A DNA stretch of 64,000 nucleotides from Amoebidium appalachense (lineage: Eukaryota; Protista; Ichthyosporea): the NCBI GenBank assembly GCA_963693365.1, contig CAVNZM010000004.1:2812389-2876388 (forward strand), read 5' to 3'. Made by a program: the position numbers and the translations under genes. How positions within the stretch are numbered: the stretch's first letter is position 1; each line of letters opens with the position of its first letter. A model generated the notes under the pieces. The model saw only the letters and a list, made by a program, of their open reading frames with translations. It was not told the origin of the DNA and did no database searches. Below are positions 25,802 through 47,707 of this stretch, in pieces.

Positions 25802-27182
25802 CGTATCCGTGAGTAGTGGTTTTTGTATTTTCTTCTCTGAGGTATCTGTGATATCTCCGGCTTGCTTCTCTTTCATGAGCATATCAATAAGGTCATCATA
25901 AAAAAAAAGAAATTACTTGGCACTATACACAACATGGCACAATACAATTTTTCAAACTCCGACTGGTGGGATCTAAGAACCAACGAAACAATAAGCACAA
26001 CCGAAACCTCCAATATCTAATAAATAGTCTTGTCTTATGGAACGATACGCTGATAATTTCTTATCTCTTTGTTTCCGTAATGTGCGTCCTTGATTTGTCT
26101 ATGATAGCTTAGTGATGATTTGCATCGCCCCATCCAGTAGGAGCAGCGATTATATTTCCACCCGTGAATGGAGAGTATGTGAGCAGCTAGGGGGCAGGCG
26201 AGCGGGCGGGCGGGCGGGGGGAGGGGGGGGGGGGGGATGCTTGCCTAGCTCCTGAGGGTCAGACTCGATACATTGTTTCCGTGGGGGAGGTGGTTGGTAT
26301 GCAGCCCCTGCGGCATGGCCTAATGGATCTAAGTAGGTTTTTGGGTTGAAGGAGTGAGAGATACAAGTGGGTTAGAGAGGTTAATTCAAACAGATAGCCA
26401 TTAAAGAATTCGTCGACATTCTTGCGTTGGTTGCCATACATGTATAAAACCTAAATGAATGTTATTGTCATATATAGAGGAAACCAATCGTTGGGGAACA
26501 TTGTCCATGTGACCATCTTGCGCACCCCTCCCAGTCTATTAGAAGCTCCTTACTCCCCCGCCCCTCAAGTAATGTGTCCTGGGAGTCACCTAACAACCTT
26601 ACATAGTTATATCCATTTATTACCTATCACTGAATTGGTTAATTAGCGATCATACCATGTTACTCCCATGACCTACCCCCCCAAAAACGCCGCGTCAATG
26701 ACCCATTAAACAGACGCCTCGTGACGCATACACACACATAGCCATTTTTATACTTCATTTAAAACTGAATATATCCAACAACACAAAATCCACATGCTTC
26801 CCCCACCATTACACCACATTCAATACTAATATTCACCCACACCCACACTCCATCTACAACCCCCCCCCCCCCCCCCCCCCCCCCCCACCCCCCCGCCCTC
26901 CCACCACCACCACCACCACCTTATATCATTGACCATTGCCATTCACTATTTCCATTGTAATACCAATCACACGCCGCACACCCACAATCTTGCCCACCTT
27001 TTTAACCCAATCACCCACACATCACACCTCCACCTACTTCTCATGAGCGCTTCTCTCTTCTTTGGGTCAGGGGCTATCACGCGATAGCTGCCTCCAGCCA
27101 CTGGGAGGGTGGTTGGGCTGCTGTCGGATATTGCAGGGGAGGATTGGTTAAGAACACACACAGGGCAGAGCAAATCGACTGG

Positions 27183-27485
27183 CGCAAAACTAATTGGATA
27201 GCCAAAAATATTTTGATAATGCAAAAATAATTGGACAGCCCAAAAATAACTGGATAGTTCAAAAACAATGGGTTGCGCAAATTAGTGATCAGACAGCGCA
27301 AAATGGATAGCGCAAAGTATTTGGATGGGGCAAAAATTGTTGGATAGCGCAAAATGATTGGATATTGCAAAATGATTGGATAGCGTAAAAATAATTGTAT
27401 AGCGCAAAAATGATTGGATAGCGCAAAAATGATTGGATAGTGCCACTGTATTTGACATTGATAGGTAATAGTATTTGGATATGTA
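27183..27485. repeat. Degenerate ~19-20 bp minisatellite (aaaatgattggatagcgc), roughly 15 copies
   Basis: Repeated tggatagcgcaaaa / attggat units. Confidence 0.8.
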
Positions 27486-29287
27486 AAAATGTGTGGGTAG
27501 CTCAATAGTATTTGCATGATGTGCATGAAGGCAAAAAAACCGAAGAATAATTGATGGCTATTGCTGGAAGTGCTAGACATAACTCTGATTGCTCCCCCCT
27601 CCCCCTCCCCCCCCCCCCTCCCCCTCCGCCCCGGCCCCCCTCTGCCTTGGGATTCCCAGGAATCTCACATATAGTGGACAAAAAGGGAAAGGATAACAAA
27701 GAGAAAGAAAGTAAACAGCATAAATGACATTTCATCACTTGTGCGTATACCTGACCTTTGTTGGGCGAAGCCCTTCTCATCACAATTATTAATAATCCGC
27801 GGGGGGGGGGGGGGGGGGGGGGGGGGGGGAGGGGGGGGGGGGGGGAGGGGGGGGGGGGGGGAAATAAATAAACCTACGTTTGGTTCGGACGTGCGTCAGA
27901 TCTTGCCAAAGCACGATCGTAGGTCATGTCCTGGGTCGACTCATCATACGAATCATCGTCGCAGTCATCATCATTATGAATCCGGTAGCGATGAGAGTCA
28001 CCATTAGTGTGTCGACGCCCGGGTTGTGCCATTGTGATATGAAAATCAGATTCAGCTAATAATAGTTGGTGTAAATCAGATTCAGTTAGTGATGTATAAA
28101 TCAGATTCAGCTACATGACTCAATGGGCATATTGCATTCCGGAAAACAAGAGACAACGGTACTAATACATCAGCAATAAGCCAGAGACTTTTTTTGGAAA
28201 AAAGAGTAGGCAGAAAATGCTTTTGACACACCTTTCGTGACTATGGTCTCTAACAGGCTGTGGCCATGGGGAGCGTGTCGATCTTGATGTTACCTGCGCA
28301 TGCGATGGCCCTTGCTAAAGCTAGGAGATAAAAGCGGATGTTCAGGCCAAACAAGTGAATGGCAAAAGGCAAAAAGAGTGTAGTAGCAAATAATCGCTCA
28401 GCATCGCTTGTAGGTTTCGTTTTGACATGCTGTTGTCTGTATAGAAAACACCTGTCTATAATAGGCTAAGTACATAGGTGCTACGGAGCACCGCACCATC
28501 AAGTGCCGGGTTTCGAAAAAGGTTATTTATACCGCTAAATAATTGGATGCACAGTAGAATTAGCTTGAAAAGGCTAACATGTGGAATAAGGCTTGGCGTA
28601 ACGGTGTCTTCTTGTTCGTGTTCATCTGGCGTTTTTGTTCTGTTCAATATACCTAATGCATGACAACAGGACAACGGATACTTCTCTATGGAGCCTGCAA
28701 TACTGTATATGCTACTATGTTGAAATACACTACTGTGTTAAAAAACCCCGTGTTTTACTGTTTATGTTACGGGCTAGCAACAAGATGTATATGTCCGAAG
28801 TGCCTGACCAGTGACCGTCATGTATACATGCAAGACTGCACACGGTCTCCTAGATCAGAGAGCTATGAAATGTTATTTCCTGTCGTAGAATTTTTACTTA
28901 ATTATTGCCAGACTCTAAGCGCGGGAGAGCTGTCATGCAAGAAGCTCATGTACATATTAACATACGATAATAATTTCAAATTAGAATTCAAGGCACGCGT
29001 TTTAATTTTTTTTTCAGTGCGCCTGCTGTTATTATTCTCGTCTGCAGGGCCTTCCTCGGAAGTTCCTCTAACTTCCTCCAACTCTTGCAATTTAAATACA
29101 TATCTCAACTATCTATCACGCCGTAATTTTATTTGGCGGGCAAAGCGACAGGCCCGGCAGTGAGTTGCGTAATCATTTTCAGCCGCAGCTTGGAATCGCA
29201 AGCTCGTCGACTCGACTATTTTTACAAACTGCAAACAGCATAACAACAGCAATTCTATAACTTTGCCAGTTGCAAGTAGTACACATC

Positions 29288-29373
29288 TCAATATCCAGCT
29301 ACAGCTTGCAGGGTGACAACACTGTACATTTCAATATCCAGCTACAGCTTGCAGGGTGACAACACTGTACATT
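29288..29373. repeat. Perfect 43 bp tandem duplication just upstream of MED31
   Basis: tcaatatccagctacagcttgcagggtgacaacactgtacatt x2 (29288-29330 and 29331-29373). Confidence 0.95.
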
Positions 29374-29451
29374 TCTTACTCTGTCATTGTTTTGTGCTAT
29401 TTGAACAACACAAGAACATCCTATCGCGCACGGACGCACACAACTGTGAAC

Positions 29452-34287
<4,836 letters not shown>

Positions 34288-34612
34288 ATATGGTTATTTG
34301 CTGCGCTTTAAGGGTTGTAGTGAGCTAGACCACCAAGTAGTGGTTGGGGACTTGTGTCAGCTATATGTTGTGGTATTTGGTGCAGTTTTTAATGCTAGCA
34401 ATCGCTTTCTTTTTTCCCCCTTCTTTACCCCTTTCCCCGTATGAGCACAGTTCGACTTGGTAGGTGGTTTTTTTGTTTGCATGAATGAACTATCTGTTAG
34501 TGTTATCCAATCCATGGCTTTCGAGAAACATCCATTGCGAGCCGAATTTATTAGTTGGCATCCTTTGTATGAAGTACCATTCACCCACATATGTGATGCG
34601 ACACACGCACGT

Positions 34613-34718
<106 letters not shown>

Positions 34719-35302
34719 TTACATACACAAAAGTGCAAATGCAAGCACACGCACGGAGGCCCGCAACCACACACCCGTGTGTCAGTGCTCAGTGCCCCTG
34801 CGCGCCCGCACATTCACACAAATACACACACTAGCTTGGATATATACATACACGTATACGGAAGGAGCACACGTGTAATACACACAATCACGCACACGAC
34901 GAATGCACGTGCACACATACATGCAAACGACGAATTCGAATATTTATCATTTGAACATGATGTAGGTTAGCCTACCGAGAATAAGGATTCCATCTATGCA
35001 CAACGATGACCGTGCTTCTCAAAACGAGCCGGAAGTAAAAGCTACGTACTGCTGCAGCTAACCCCGGTCCGGGAGTGCCTTCTTTTTCCTTCTAAGCCTT
35101 TCTTTCTTTTTCAGAGTTTTTAGAGCGCGTAAAGGTTGGATTGGTGGGTGACTGCGGTGAAAGGGTATGGCGCATGGATTCTAGAATGAACGAAGAAACG
35201 AACTAGCTGAAAAGGAAACAAAAAAACGATGGTACAGGTGGGAGGGTTTTTTTTGTTTGTGTGTGTGTGTGTGTGTGTGTGCACATGTGGCGACGGTGCG
35301 CA

Positions 35303-35348
<46 letters not shown>

Positions 35349-36009
35349 GATCATAGCCAAACGGATACACATAACCTTCATGGACTTCACTACCAAGTGT
35401 ATTTTCATCTTTCCATTTTCATGAGCCATATGCATTTGTCGCTATACCATAGGCATGATCACAATTAACAATCATCGCACTATCACATCACAACATGGAC
35501 ACTACACTATATATGTTGCCTACATGTACAAGTAAGCTTGGGCCCAGAACACTATGTATGATATGTATATCCATATCTTTAAATATACATTTGAGGACAC
35601 CCACCTGCACAGAAGAACAAACCGTTTATTCCAAGTTGCAATTAATTGTGCCTCCCCCCCCCCCCCCCCCCCCTCCCCCCCCCTCCTCCTCCTTGGCCAA
35701 GCACAAAAAAAAAATAAAAATGTATGAATAAAAAAATAAAAAAAACGAAATTGAATAAAAGAGAGGTGTACCTCACCATGTCTCTGATTCTTTGTCTAAA
35801 CAAAATTACTACAGGTCTACGTGTGTGCCCCGCGCCCTGCAACCGACCACATACACATGCGTCATTTCACTTGGTACAATCATTATCATATATGCACCGG
35901 CAATTTCTCTCTTTCTCTCAATCTCTCTCTCTTTAAAGGACAAGAAACGAAACAACAACAATAACACAAAAACTGCAAATAATAATACGAAAAACCGAAG
36001 CCAACCATC

Positions 36010-36652
36010 TCAAACACTAGAAGCCGTAGCAAACTCGGACGCCGCCGCATCCCCATAGACAGTCTCCTTAGTTGTAGGCAGCGCCAGTGAACCCGACTTT
36101 TTCGGTGGCAATGGTGGGGGTCTGCCATCCGCAATCACCATCATAGGGGAACTTAGGGGGGAGTCCTGCAGCGTAGCCAACTGGTCGTTAAGTTGCGGTT
36201 TTGGCACCACCGAGACCGGTTTTGCCCCAAGGGCAGACTGGGCCCTTCTCGCTGGCACACCGGCGCCATGTGAACTGCTACCCATCCTCGGGGAAACATC
36301 GCGAGAGATTTCCCCCTGAACTCGGGCTGAGAATGACTGGGGAGCTGGCTTCGTATTCAATGGCGGTGGTGGCGGTGCCGGCTGCTGCTGCTGATCCACC
36401 GTGGTTGGGGAGGACATATTCACGTGATGCGGTTTGCTTGCGGCCGAACTGATCAGAGGTAAAGTCAGTAAAAACAATCTATGTAACATTAGTAATGGTT
36501 ACTCGGCAGTTAAACAATTCGGTGTTTGCAAGTCTGGATTAAAGCGGTGACTCTGCACCAGCATTGGGTGAGCTCACTGGATGGTGGTAGTTTCAAGGGG
36601 TTGGGAAAGGAAGTATGCGGGTAGGGAGGGAAAGTAGGGTAGAAGGGTGGCC

Positions 36653-36688
<36 letters not shown>

Positions 36689-36712
36689 GTGTGAGCTATT
36701 TTTTTTTTTTTT

Positions 36713-36767
<55 letters not shown>

Positions 36768-36972
36768 GGCCGAGTTTGTCAAGGGGTGGAAATTTGCAGA
36801 TCAGTAAGCTGTCGTAACTTGAACAGTGTGCAACCTTTCTGTGCTTGCGTGTTCTTTTGGACGGTCTGTGTATGTATGTCGTGTGTGTGTGTTCAAACGT
36901 ATGCTGGTGTGTCCACATGGCAGCACAGATGTCTTTGTTTGTCTGTGATCACTTGCTCGACCGTATTAGCAC

Positions 36973-37035
<63 letters not shown>

Positions 37036-38547
37036 CGTGTATGTGTGTGTGTGCACGTGTGCAGAATAACGTGTGTGTGCAGGAAAGTGGTCGGACGCCA
37101 ACCTTGGGTTGTGTATTCCCCTGTGTGTTTCAGCGCTAGCAGCTCACGTGCAGTACTAGCAATTCAATATCGCCATTTTCTCAGTCAGAGCAGCGAACAT
37201 GCCCAGAAAAATATAAAAATGCACCAAAAAGAAATGAACAAAGTTTAGAGTTACCCACCTTTCCATTAGGACCATTATTCTTCCTTCGCTTCACCATCAC
37301 CGCCAATAGCACCGCCGCAATCAGCAGTGCGCACACACCTCCACCCACAGCCACACCGATAATGGTCGCATTTGGCCCTCCCCCTGTTTCACTTGGGGAC
37401 GCTTCTTGTGCAACCGGCACCGGCTCCGGAAGTGTTCCCTCTTCAGTTGTGGTGGCGGTGGCATTGGTGGTGGATGTGGGGGGGATGGAGGTGGGGGAGA
37501 CCCCGGTGGGTGCTGCTTGAGGGGCTATTTTGGCTGCTAGGAGCTGTCGTGGATTCGTGTTGACGGGGAAGGAGCGTGTGTCGGCCCGAAATGGAAAGTT
37601 TGACTTGGCTGTGGTAGGTGACAACATGTTAGAAGTTGTGTCCGTGTCACAGCCTCTTCTGCATATACTTATGGATGTGAACTCGTTTGTATGGGCGTTT
37701 GTGTGTGCAGGTGCTTCAAGCCTGCCCTACCGTGGCAGAACCCTTCATACACAACTTGCGGGTGAGGTACTATAGGACAACACGAGAAATCCAACTAGGA
37801 GTGCAGAAACATGCTGTGAGTAGGGACAATCAAAGAGCGAAATATGATATAGCTCTATGTAAAAACTGACACAGTGCGTAAAACGGACTACAACACCGTG
37901 CAGCAGGAAGGCCTGTGCCGTAAAAGAGATCATCGGCTTTGTTAAAGCAGTATCTACATAGCCACTCAGAGGTCATTTCTAGACAAGGCATGCTGCGAGC
38001 TTCGCGCTGCCATGGCAGAACATGCTGCAAAACAGCACAAAAGGCCTTCGTACCTTTGCGCACACAAAACCTTACCACTAGGCTAAACGTAAACCAGGAA
38101 AACGATCAGCGCAAAATCCTTAACAAGAAGACACATACCGTTTTCTGGACACGCAAAGGATAGCCAGTCCGAGTAGCGTCTCAAGTATGAAAGAGGGCGG
38201 TCGCTCGCCTCCTCTGAGTCCTCAAAGTCGCTGCAGTCAAAATCGTTCTCCCCACTGCTTACTCTAGTTGGCCGGGGTAGCTGGCAATGCCATAAAAGGA
38301 AATCATCACACCTTTCAAGCGCTTCTGAGAGTAGCTGATTACTCTGATAGTCGTTACATCTGTCATTTTCTCTGCACATGGAATGTAGACAACCGCGCAA
38401 AACATCCAACGGACCTAAAGCGTTGAGTCGGTGCTGATAGGCCAAGCATGGGTTGGGGTGGTGGTAGGTGGTGGCTAGTGCTAGAGATGGAAGAGAAGAC
38501 ATTGCCACCAGCAAACCACCAGCGAGCTTCACCATAGGGGCTTTCAT
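36010..38547 (-). CDS. Single-pass type I membrane protein: signal peptide, Cys-rich ectodomain, S/T/P stalk, TM helix, Pro-rich cytoplasmic tail
   Basis: Exon 38547-38139 starts MKAPMVKLAGGLLVAMSSLPSLALA. Short Cys-rich exons lie at ~38077-37730. Exon ~37608-37259 has a Thr/Pro stalk, IIGVAVGGGVCALLIAAVLLAVMV and a KRRK stop-transfer. The last exon ~36448-36010 has PPPLPPKK. Internal exon phases are not all resolved. Confidence 0.65.
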
Positions 38548-40187
38548 GTTTTGCTTTCAATGACTAAGGTCATGGCAGACATTGAGCCTACACCCACCCA
38601 GCGCTTTACCTCCGATAAAAGTAATGTTTGTGCCTGACTGAGCTTTTTGAGTTGTAAACTCTCTGTGTCAAGTGACTCAAGTTTATCACAGGAATGTGCG
38701 CCGTGCACGGGCGGGGCGGACATGAAAGTATGGCCAATAGAAAAAGGTCTAAACACGCTATGTGATATTCAACCTATAGTATTCGTTTTTTATAGATGAC
38801 TTGGATGGTGGCGCACGCGGGGTGCCGGCCGCGTGGGATGGACAAGTATACAAGCAATGATGAAAAGAAGTATAAGCAGATTCTTCAAGATTATAATAGG
38901 AAAAAAATACTGCTTGTAGTTTATATTACTTTATTTTAGTTCTTTAAGCAATAGGTGACTTATTTTGTCGGTAATAATCGGGGGCTCTCTTTTTCGGTGA
39001 CCAAGCCCAGCCGCGCCTTGGCCGGCTGGAGCAGACCTTCGTCATCAACCCACACCTCGCGCAGCCAATGGTACAGCGACATCGATTTGCTCTTTCGCTG
39101 AGTTCCGTCCGGTGAGTCACGGGCCACCAGGACAACAGCCCTTGCTCCCTTGATGCTGAAAATTTCACTGTTTCTTCAAAACAAGCACTGTATAAGTACA
39201 TATAATCATTCCGCGATGGAATATGTGCAAAATGTGTAAGTACACCGTAACTGTTTCTACATAGAGCCAGGCTGCTACTAGGACACAGTCCTGTTTAAAA
39301 ATTCTAATGCGGCTGCAGATGATTGGATCGGATCGCACCGTACGGCGATGTACCTGAACGAGTGGTCCGCTTGTTGCGGCAACTGTGTCGGCCTGATAAA
39401 ATTATGTGTTGTTGCCTGGCGGCACGTGAGCGAGGAGGAAACTTGGCCATGGCCCAGTGCTGTGTGTCAGTCACAGTGTTTTGTTGTGTGGTGGTGGTGA
39501 TGGTGGTGGTGGTGGTGGTGGTGGTGGTGGTGGTGGTGGTGGTGGTAGTGGTTATTGTTGGGGGAGGGGGGGTTGTAAAACGCAGTAGGCCGTCGAATGT
39601 GGCTGGGCCTCCGGCAATGTCCACGCAATAAAAAGTGTGTAAACCCCCGGCTGGAGAGGGGTTGAAAGGGGCCGGGGAGAATATTTTAAATGGGCATGCA
39701 AGGGCGGGCCATCACCGGGTGAACTTAGCTAGACGTCGTGCACGTCTACACCGTTACTAACTGACTACTTAATACCGTTACATACTATTTGAAGTTGCAG
39801 GCCTACGAATTTGGGATTCTAGATGCTAAAACGGGGATGGGCCAGTAGTAGTTTTTGAGGCGGGCGCGCGGTGGGGGGGGGGGGGGGGGGGGAGGGAGAG
39901 GGAGAGAGGGAGGGGGGGGGGGGGGGGGGGGGGGAGGGAACTCGTGACTGTCAAACCACCCACCGTGCTTTGACCGGGGGGACCCACTCATGGACCCCTT
40001 TGACCAGGCACCGTGTGTGGCCCCCCTCCGGCCCCTCAGGCCTCCCCCCCCGGGCCCCTTCCACAGGGGATTTTTGCACCGGGGAATTTTTGCACTGACA
40101 CCGGTACAAAATGAGTCAGGGAATTTTTGCACACATCCCCCCCCCCCCCCCCCCCCCCCCCCCTCCCCCAACAAACCGTTGACACTG

Positions 40188-40318
<131 letters not shown>

Positions 40319-40349
40319 CGCACGCACACGCACACACACACACACACAC

Positions 40350-40642
40350 ACAAGGCATTTTAACGAAATTTTAGACTCAAAATTACATTTACTAAGTAAA
40401 ATTGTATAACGTTATGCAGGTTTGAGCATAACATTATGCACGTTTCAAAAAAATAAAAATCCAATAACTCGGGAACCGCGCGACGAAAATGCATCAAAAT
40501 TTCACAGTTAGTGTGTTTTTATACTCCTTGCACACACACGTTTAGATAACAGCATATCAGTGTGATCTGGTCAAGCGATCACGAAAAACATATAAAAAAA
40601 ACTTTTAAAAAAACTGTACGTCAAATTTTTCGGTCAAATCAC

Positions 40643-40678
<36 letters not shown>

Positions 40679-40700
40679 CGCTATAATAAAAAGGAGAAGT
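40350..40700. mobile_element. Possible non-autonomous Helitron/HINE-like element fragment between (CA)n tracts
   Basis: Motifs aataactcgggaaccgcg...aaaatttcac and tctggtcaagcg...(ca)n agcgctataataaa resemble microsatellite-bearing rolling-circle derivatives. Termini are not established. Confidence 0.25.
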
Positions 40701-42124
40701 TTAAAGGCAGCAGGTCCTGGTTCAGGAGCACACTCACTGAAATGGGTCACAAGGAAAGACCAGATATGTACTGTAACACAGATAATAAATCAAAAAGACG
40801 AGAAAATGAGCCTTTGAAGCAAAAGAAAGACGCTCTAGCAAAGGGGCGTAGTGAGCACGAAGGAAGGATGGGAGGAAAAAAAAGCATTCAGAGAACAAAG
40901 AAAGGAGGAGATGCCTCGGAAAGAAAAGACACACTGAATCATCAGTAAGACACGTCGGTAACACACATCGCAGATGACATTGTGCTTGACGATGTTTGTT
41001 CTCAGGTGGGGGGGGGGGGGGGGGGGGGGGGGGTACCCACCACCCACCTATTTTTAAGTACAGTGGGGGGCCCAGGGGGGGGGGGGGGGGGGGGGGGGGG
41101 GAGGAGGAGGACCCACCCACCCCATAGATAGGCTGCCATCACAGTGTGACTATATATATAGATAAACTGTTCATCATATAATTTTAGTAGCAGCAGTTTG
41201 GTAATATTACATTCAAGCAAAACGTAAACGTACATTGAGGCTAATAATTATAATCATTATAGGACGTCCATAGTCACCTGAAAATAGTATGCCACGGGTC
41301 ATAATCCTCCCCCCTCCCTCCCTCCTTTCCCCCCCCCCCCCCCCTCCCCCCCCCCCCCCCCCCCCCCGGGGGCCCCTGCCAGTCCCTTTTCCCCTCCCCC
41401 CCCCCCTCCCCTCCCCCCACACACAAACACACTCCCACTTGTCTCCAGTCGCCTCACCGTGCGCGCACACACAAGTACACACTTTCGAACATATTCAAGT
41501 CACACGGCACGTGCACACGCATGTACCACAAACGCACGGTCACACCTGGGGCACAAACTTTGACCAGCCGCGGCGCCGCACACCCGACGTGACAACGCAT
41601 GAACATGCAGATACACTCACCCACACCACACACACATACATTACCCGCCACACAGACTGATACACACACGAAGACTGAACGGTAAGCACGATATCCTTGC
41701 TTCCAATGGTTCATGATTTAGAAATAGTTGACAGGTGCATGTACACGTGTGTTATGTGTGTGTTGTGCGTGCGTGCGTGCGCGTGTGCACATGCATATAC
41801 TTGTTTAAATGAGCAGGGGTGGAGAGGGGGAGGGGGGGAGGGTGAGGGGGGCGGGGGCCGGGGGGGGAGGGGGGTCGTTTGCTAATGTTACAGGGCATAT
41901 AGGACACATTTGCCACGGACAACACAAATCGAACGTACAAAGAGTATGCATCCGGCCGCCGGCTTCCAAAGAAGAAGAGCACCAGCACAAAGGGGTGGGA
42001 AGTGTGTGCATGTGTGTGTGTGTGTGTGTGTGTATGTGTGTGCCTATGTGTGTGTGTGTGCCAGTGACTGTGTGTATGTGTGTGTTTGCGCGTGTGCGTG
42101 CCTGTGAGAGTGTGTGGTGTGTGT

Positions 42125-42180
<56 letters not shown>

Positions 42181-43523
42181 GATAATATCTACGGCCACTG
42201 GTGACCTCCACAAAACTTATCCACGTGCAGCACGGCCCAAATCTATTTGTGCTTTTGGCACTGGCAGACTCATTAATCTACTGCAGCTGCTATCCGGTAT
42301 CCTACGGTAATTTGGTATCATATGTTACTCGTCCCCCCTCCCCCCCCCCCCCCCCCCCCCTCCCCCTCTCCCCCACCTCTCTTGCGCCTGCCCGCCCCCT
42401 GCCCGCCCGCCCGCCCGCCCGCCCGCCCGCTCGCCTGCCCTTTCCTCTCCCTTTGGACGGCCCAAAAATTTGAAAAGCCTCAAATACAAGAATACAAGAG
42501 GACTCGAGACAACACCAACGAATACTTCGGCCTCAAGCTTTCGGGATCATCTCAATCTCAGACACCATTGACATCTGATCAGCACAGTCGCCGATGAACC
42601 CTACTGACCATGTCCTCTCCCATAGTGGTAATACCCTCCCCCTCCCCCCCCCCCCCCCCCCTCCCTCCCCTCCCCCCCCCCCCCCCCCCTCCCTTCTCCT
42701 TTCCCCCCCCCCCCAACCCCTCGGAGTCCCCTCCCTTTCTCCCCCCCCCCCCCCCCCCCCAGGGTTACCACTCCCTTGTTGTGCCATTTCTCTCTTCCCC
42801 TTCTTAAAAAAAAAAAAAAAGGCTATTGAGTACTGAACGAGCCTCCTCAGGGAGTGGTAGCTAACAAACGAAAGTGGGTGTGCGTGGTTTGTAGAGAGGA
42901 AGAGAGGCCTGGAACGGAGGGCTGGGGGGGGGGGGGGGAGGGGAGGGGGAGGGGGGGGGGTTATCGTGGGGAATGGATATTCAGAGCTCGACGACGTGGA
43001 AAGGGGAAGGATGGAGCCTTCTCATGAGAAAGGGAAAGGAGCGCAATGTGGGATCATCTATGTTTGGAAAGACTCTGAAAACCGGGATGTAAATAAAGCG
43101 AAGTTCTAAAATAGTTCGATGATTCAATGGCATATGGATCTGAGGGCTAAAGTGAAAGGCGAGTGGGTGAGTGGGATGGGTGGGTAAGCGGGTGAATTGA
43201 GGGGGGGGGGGGGAGGGGGACCAGGCGTCACAAACTAGGCTAGAGTTTCCGTTTGAGAATGGCCTGAGAGTGTAATATCCTGGGGAGTCTCCAGGCAGGC
43301 GCTTGTGGATGTGTGTGTGTGTGTGTGTGTGTGGAGGGGAGGGGGCGGGGGAGGGGGCCCGGGTTGGGGTTGGGTGGGGGGAGGGGGGGAGGGGGTCGAT
43401 GTACACCTATAAAGGGTGGGAATCATCGAATAACTTGATAAATAAAAGCTGAAAACCCCCCCATAAGCAAAAACCAAAACAGTTGTGCAGGCAGAAATCA
43501 CCTGTACCCTGTGGCCGAGATAG

Positions 43524-43557
<34 letters not shown>

Positions 43558-44411
43558 TTTCGACGGTGCTGCCATGATGGTGGTGGAGAGTGGGGGGAGG
43601 GGGGAGGGGCGGGAGAAGAAAGGGGGGGGGGGGGGGGGGGGGGGGGGAGTTGAGGCCGGGGCAAGAAAGGGAATTGGAGTGGGCAGGGGTGGACGAGAGA
43701 GTGAGTGACTGTCAAGGAATCGATGACGGAGGAGGGAGGCACAAGGGTGGGTTCAGAAAACTGTTTTTATTTGTTTGGTTTTATTATATCTTATTTATTT
43801 ATTTTTGATTCTAATTTATTTTTTATTTGGGGGGGGGGGGGGGGGGGGGCGAGGGGGGACGGCAGTGGGGTAAAGTAAGGGGGTAACGGGATGTTACCGT
43901 AAATCGGGCTGGGAACAGTGGGTTTTGGGGCCCCCCGGGGGGGGGGGGGGGGGGGGGGAAGAGGGGGCAGGGGGGGGGGGGGTTTGGGAAGAACGAGGGA
44001 GAAGGACGGGAAGAGGGTAGAGGGGGGGGGGGAGGGGAGAGGGGGGGGGGGGGGGGGGGGGGGGGGGAAGGGAACCTGGCAGCGAGAGACAGAAGTGGCA
44101 TGAATACACCTACCCGACACGTTGGTTCTATCAGCACACGCCTTGGGGTTTATTGGGTTGTTCTGTATGACAACTTACAAAGTTGCCCACTTGAGTTCGT
44201 TTAAAATGCTCTATAAAAAGAGACCGGACTGCAAGCCATACTAAGTCACATGTTTGAAAAACGTGGCGTTATAAGAAAATGCAATCGTTTGTGAATAGGG
44301 GAATAAAAAAAATCAGCGCATCAGGAGCATGCTTCAAAACGGTGTAAAAAAAACACACAACAAATTCTATGCAGCAAAATGTCTATTTCTAGACATTCTT
44401 TCCATTTTTAG

Positions 44412-47609
<3,198 letters not shown>

Positions 47610-47698
47610 GGTTGTGTTGTTTAAACGTTAACAAAAGTTCAACAGTTTTCGTATTCGAACAATTTGGGACGAATGACTCCATGAACGTGGAAACGGTG

Positions 47699-47707
47699 CT
47701 TTATATA
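47699..47707 (-). promoter_or_regulatory. Putative TATA box (TATATAAAG) for the 2H phosphoesterase gene
   Basis: Consensus TATA ~90 bp upstream of ATG 47609 on the minus strand. Confidence 0.45.

Noticed and set aside
35020-35185. Possible snRNA/tRNA-like gene downstream of MED31
   Set aside because: No cloverleaf, A/B boxes or recognisable snRNA sequence could be identified.
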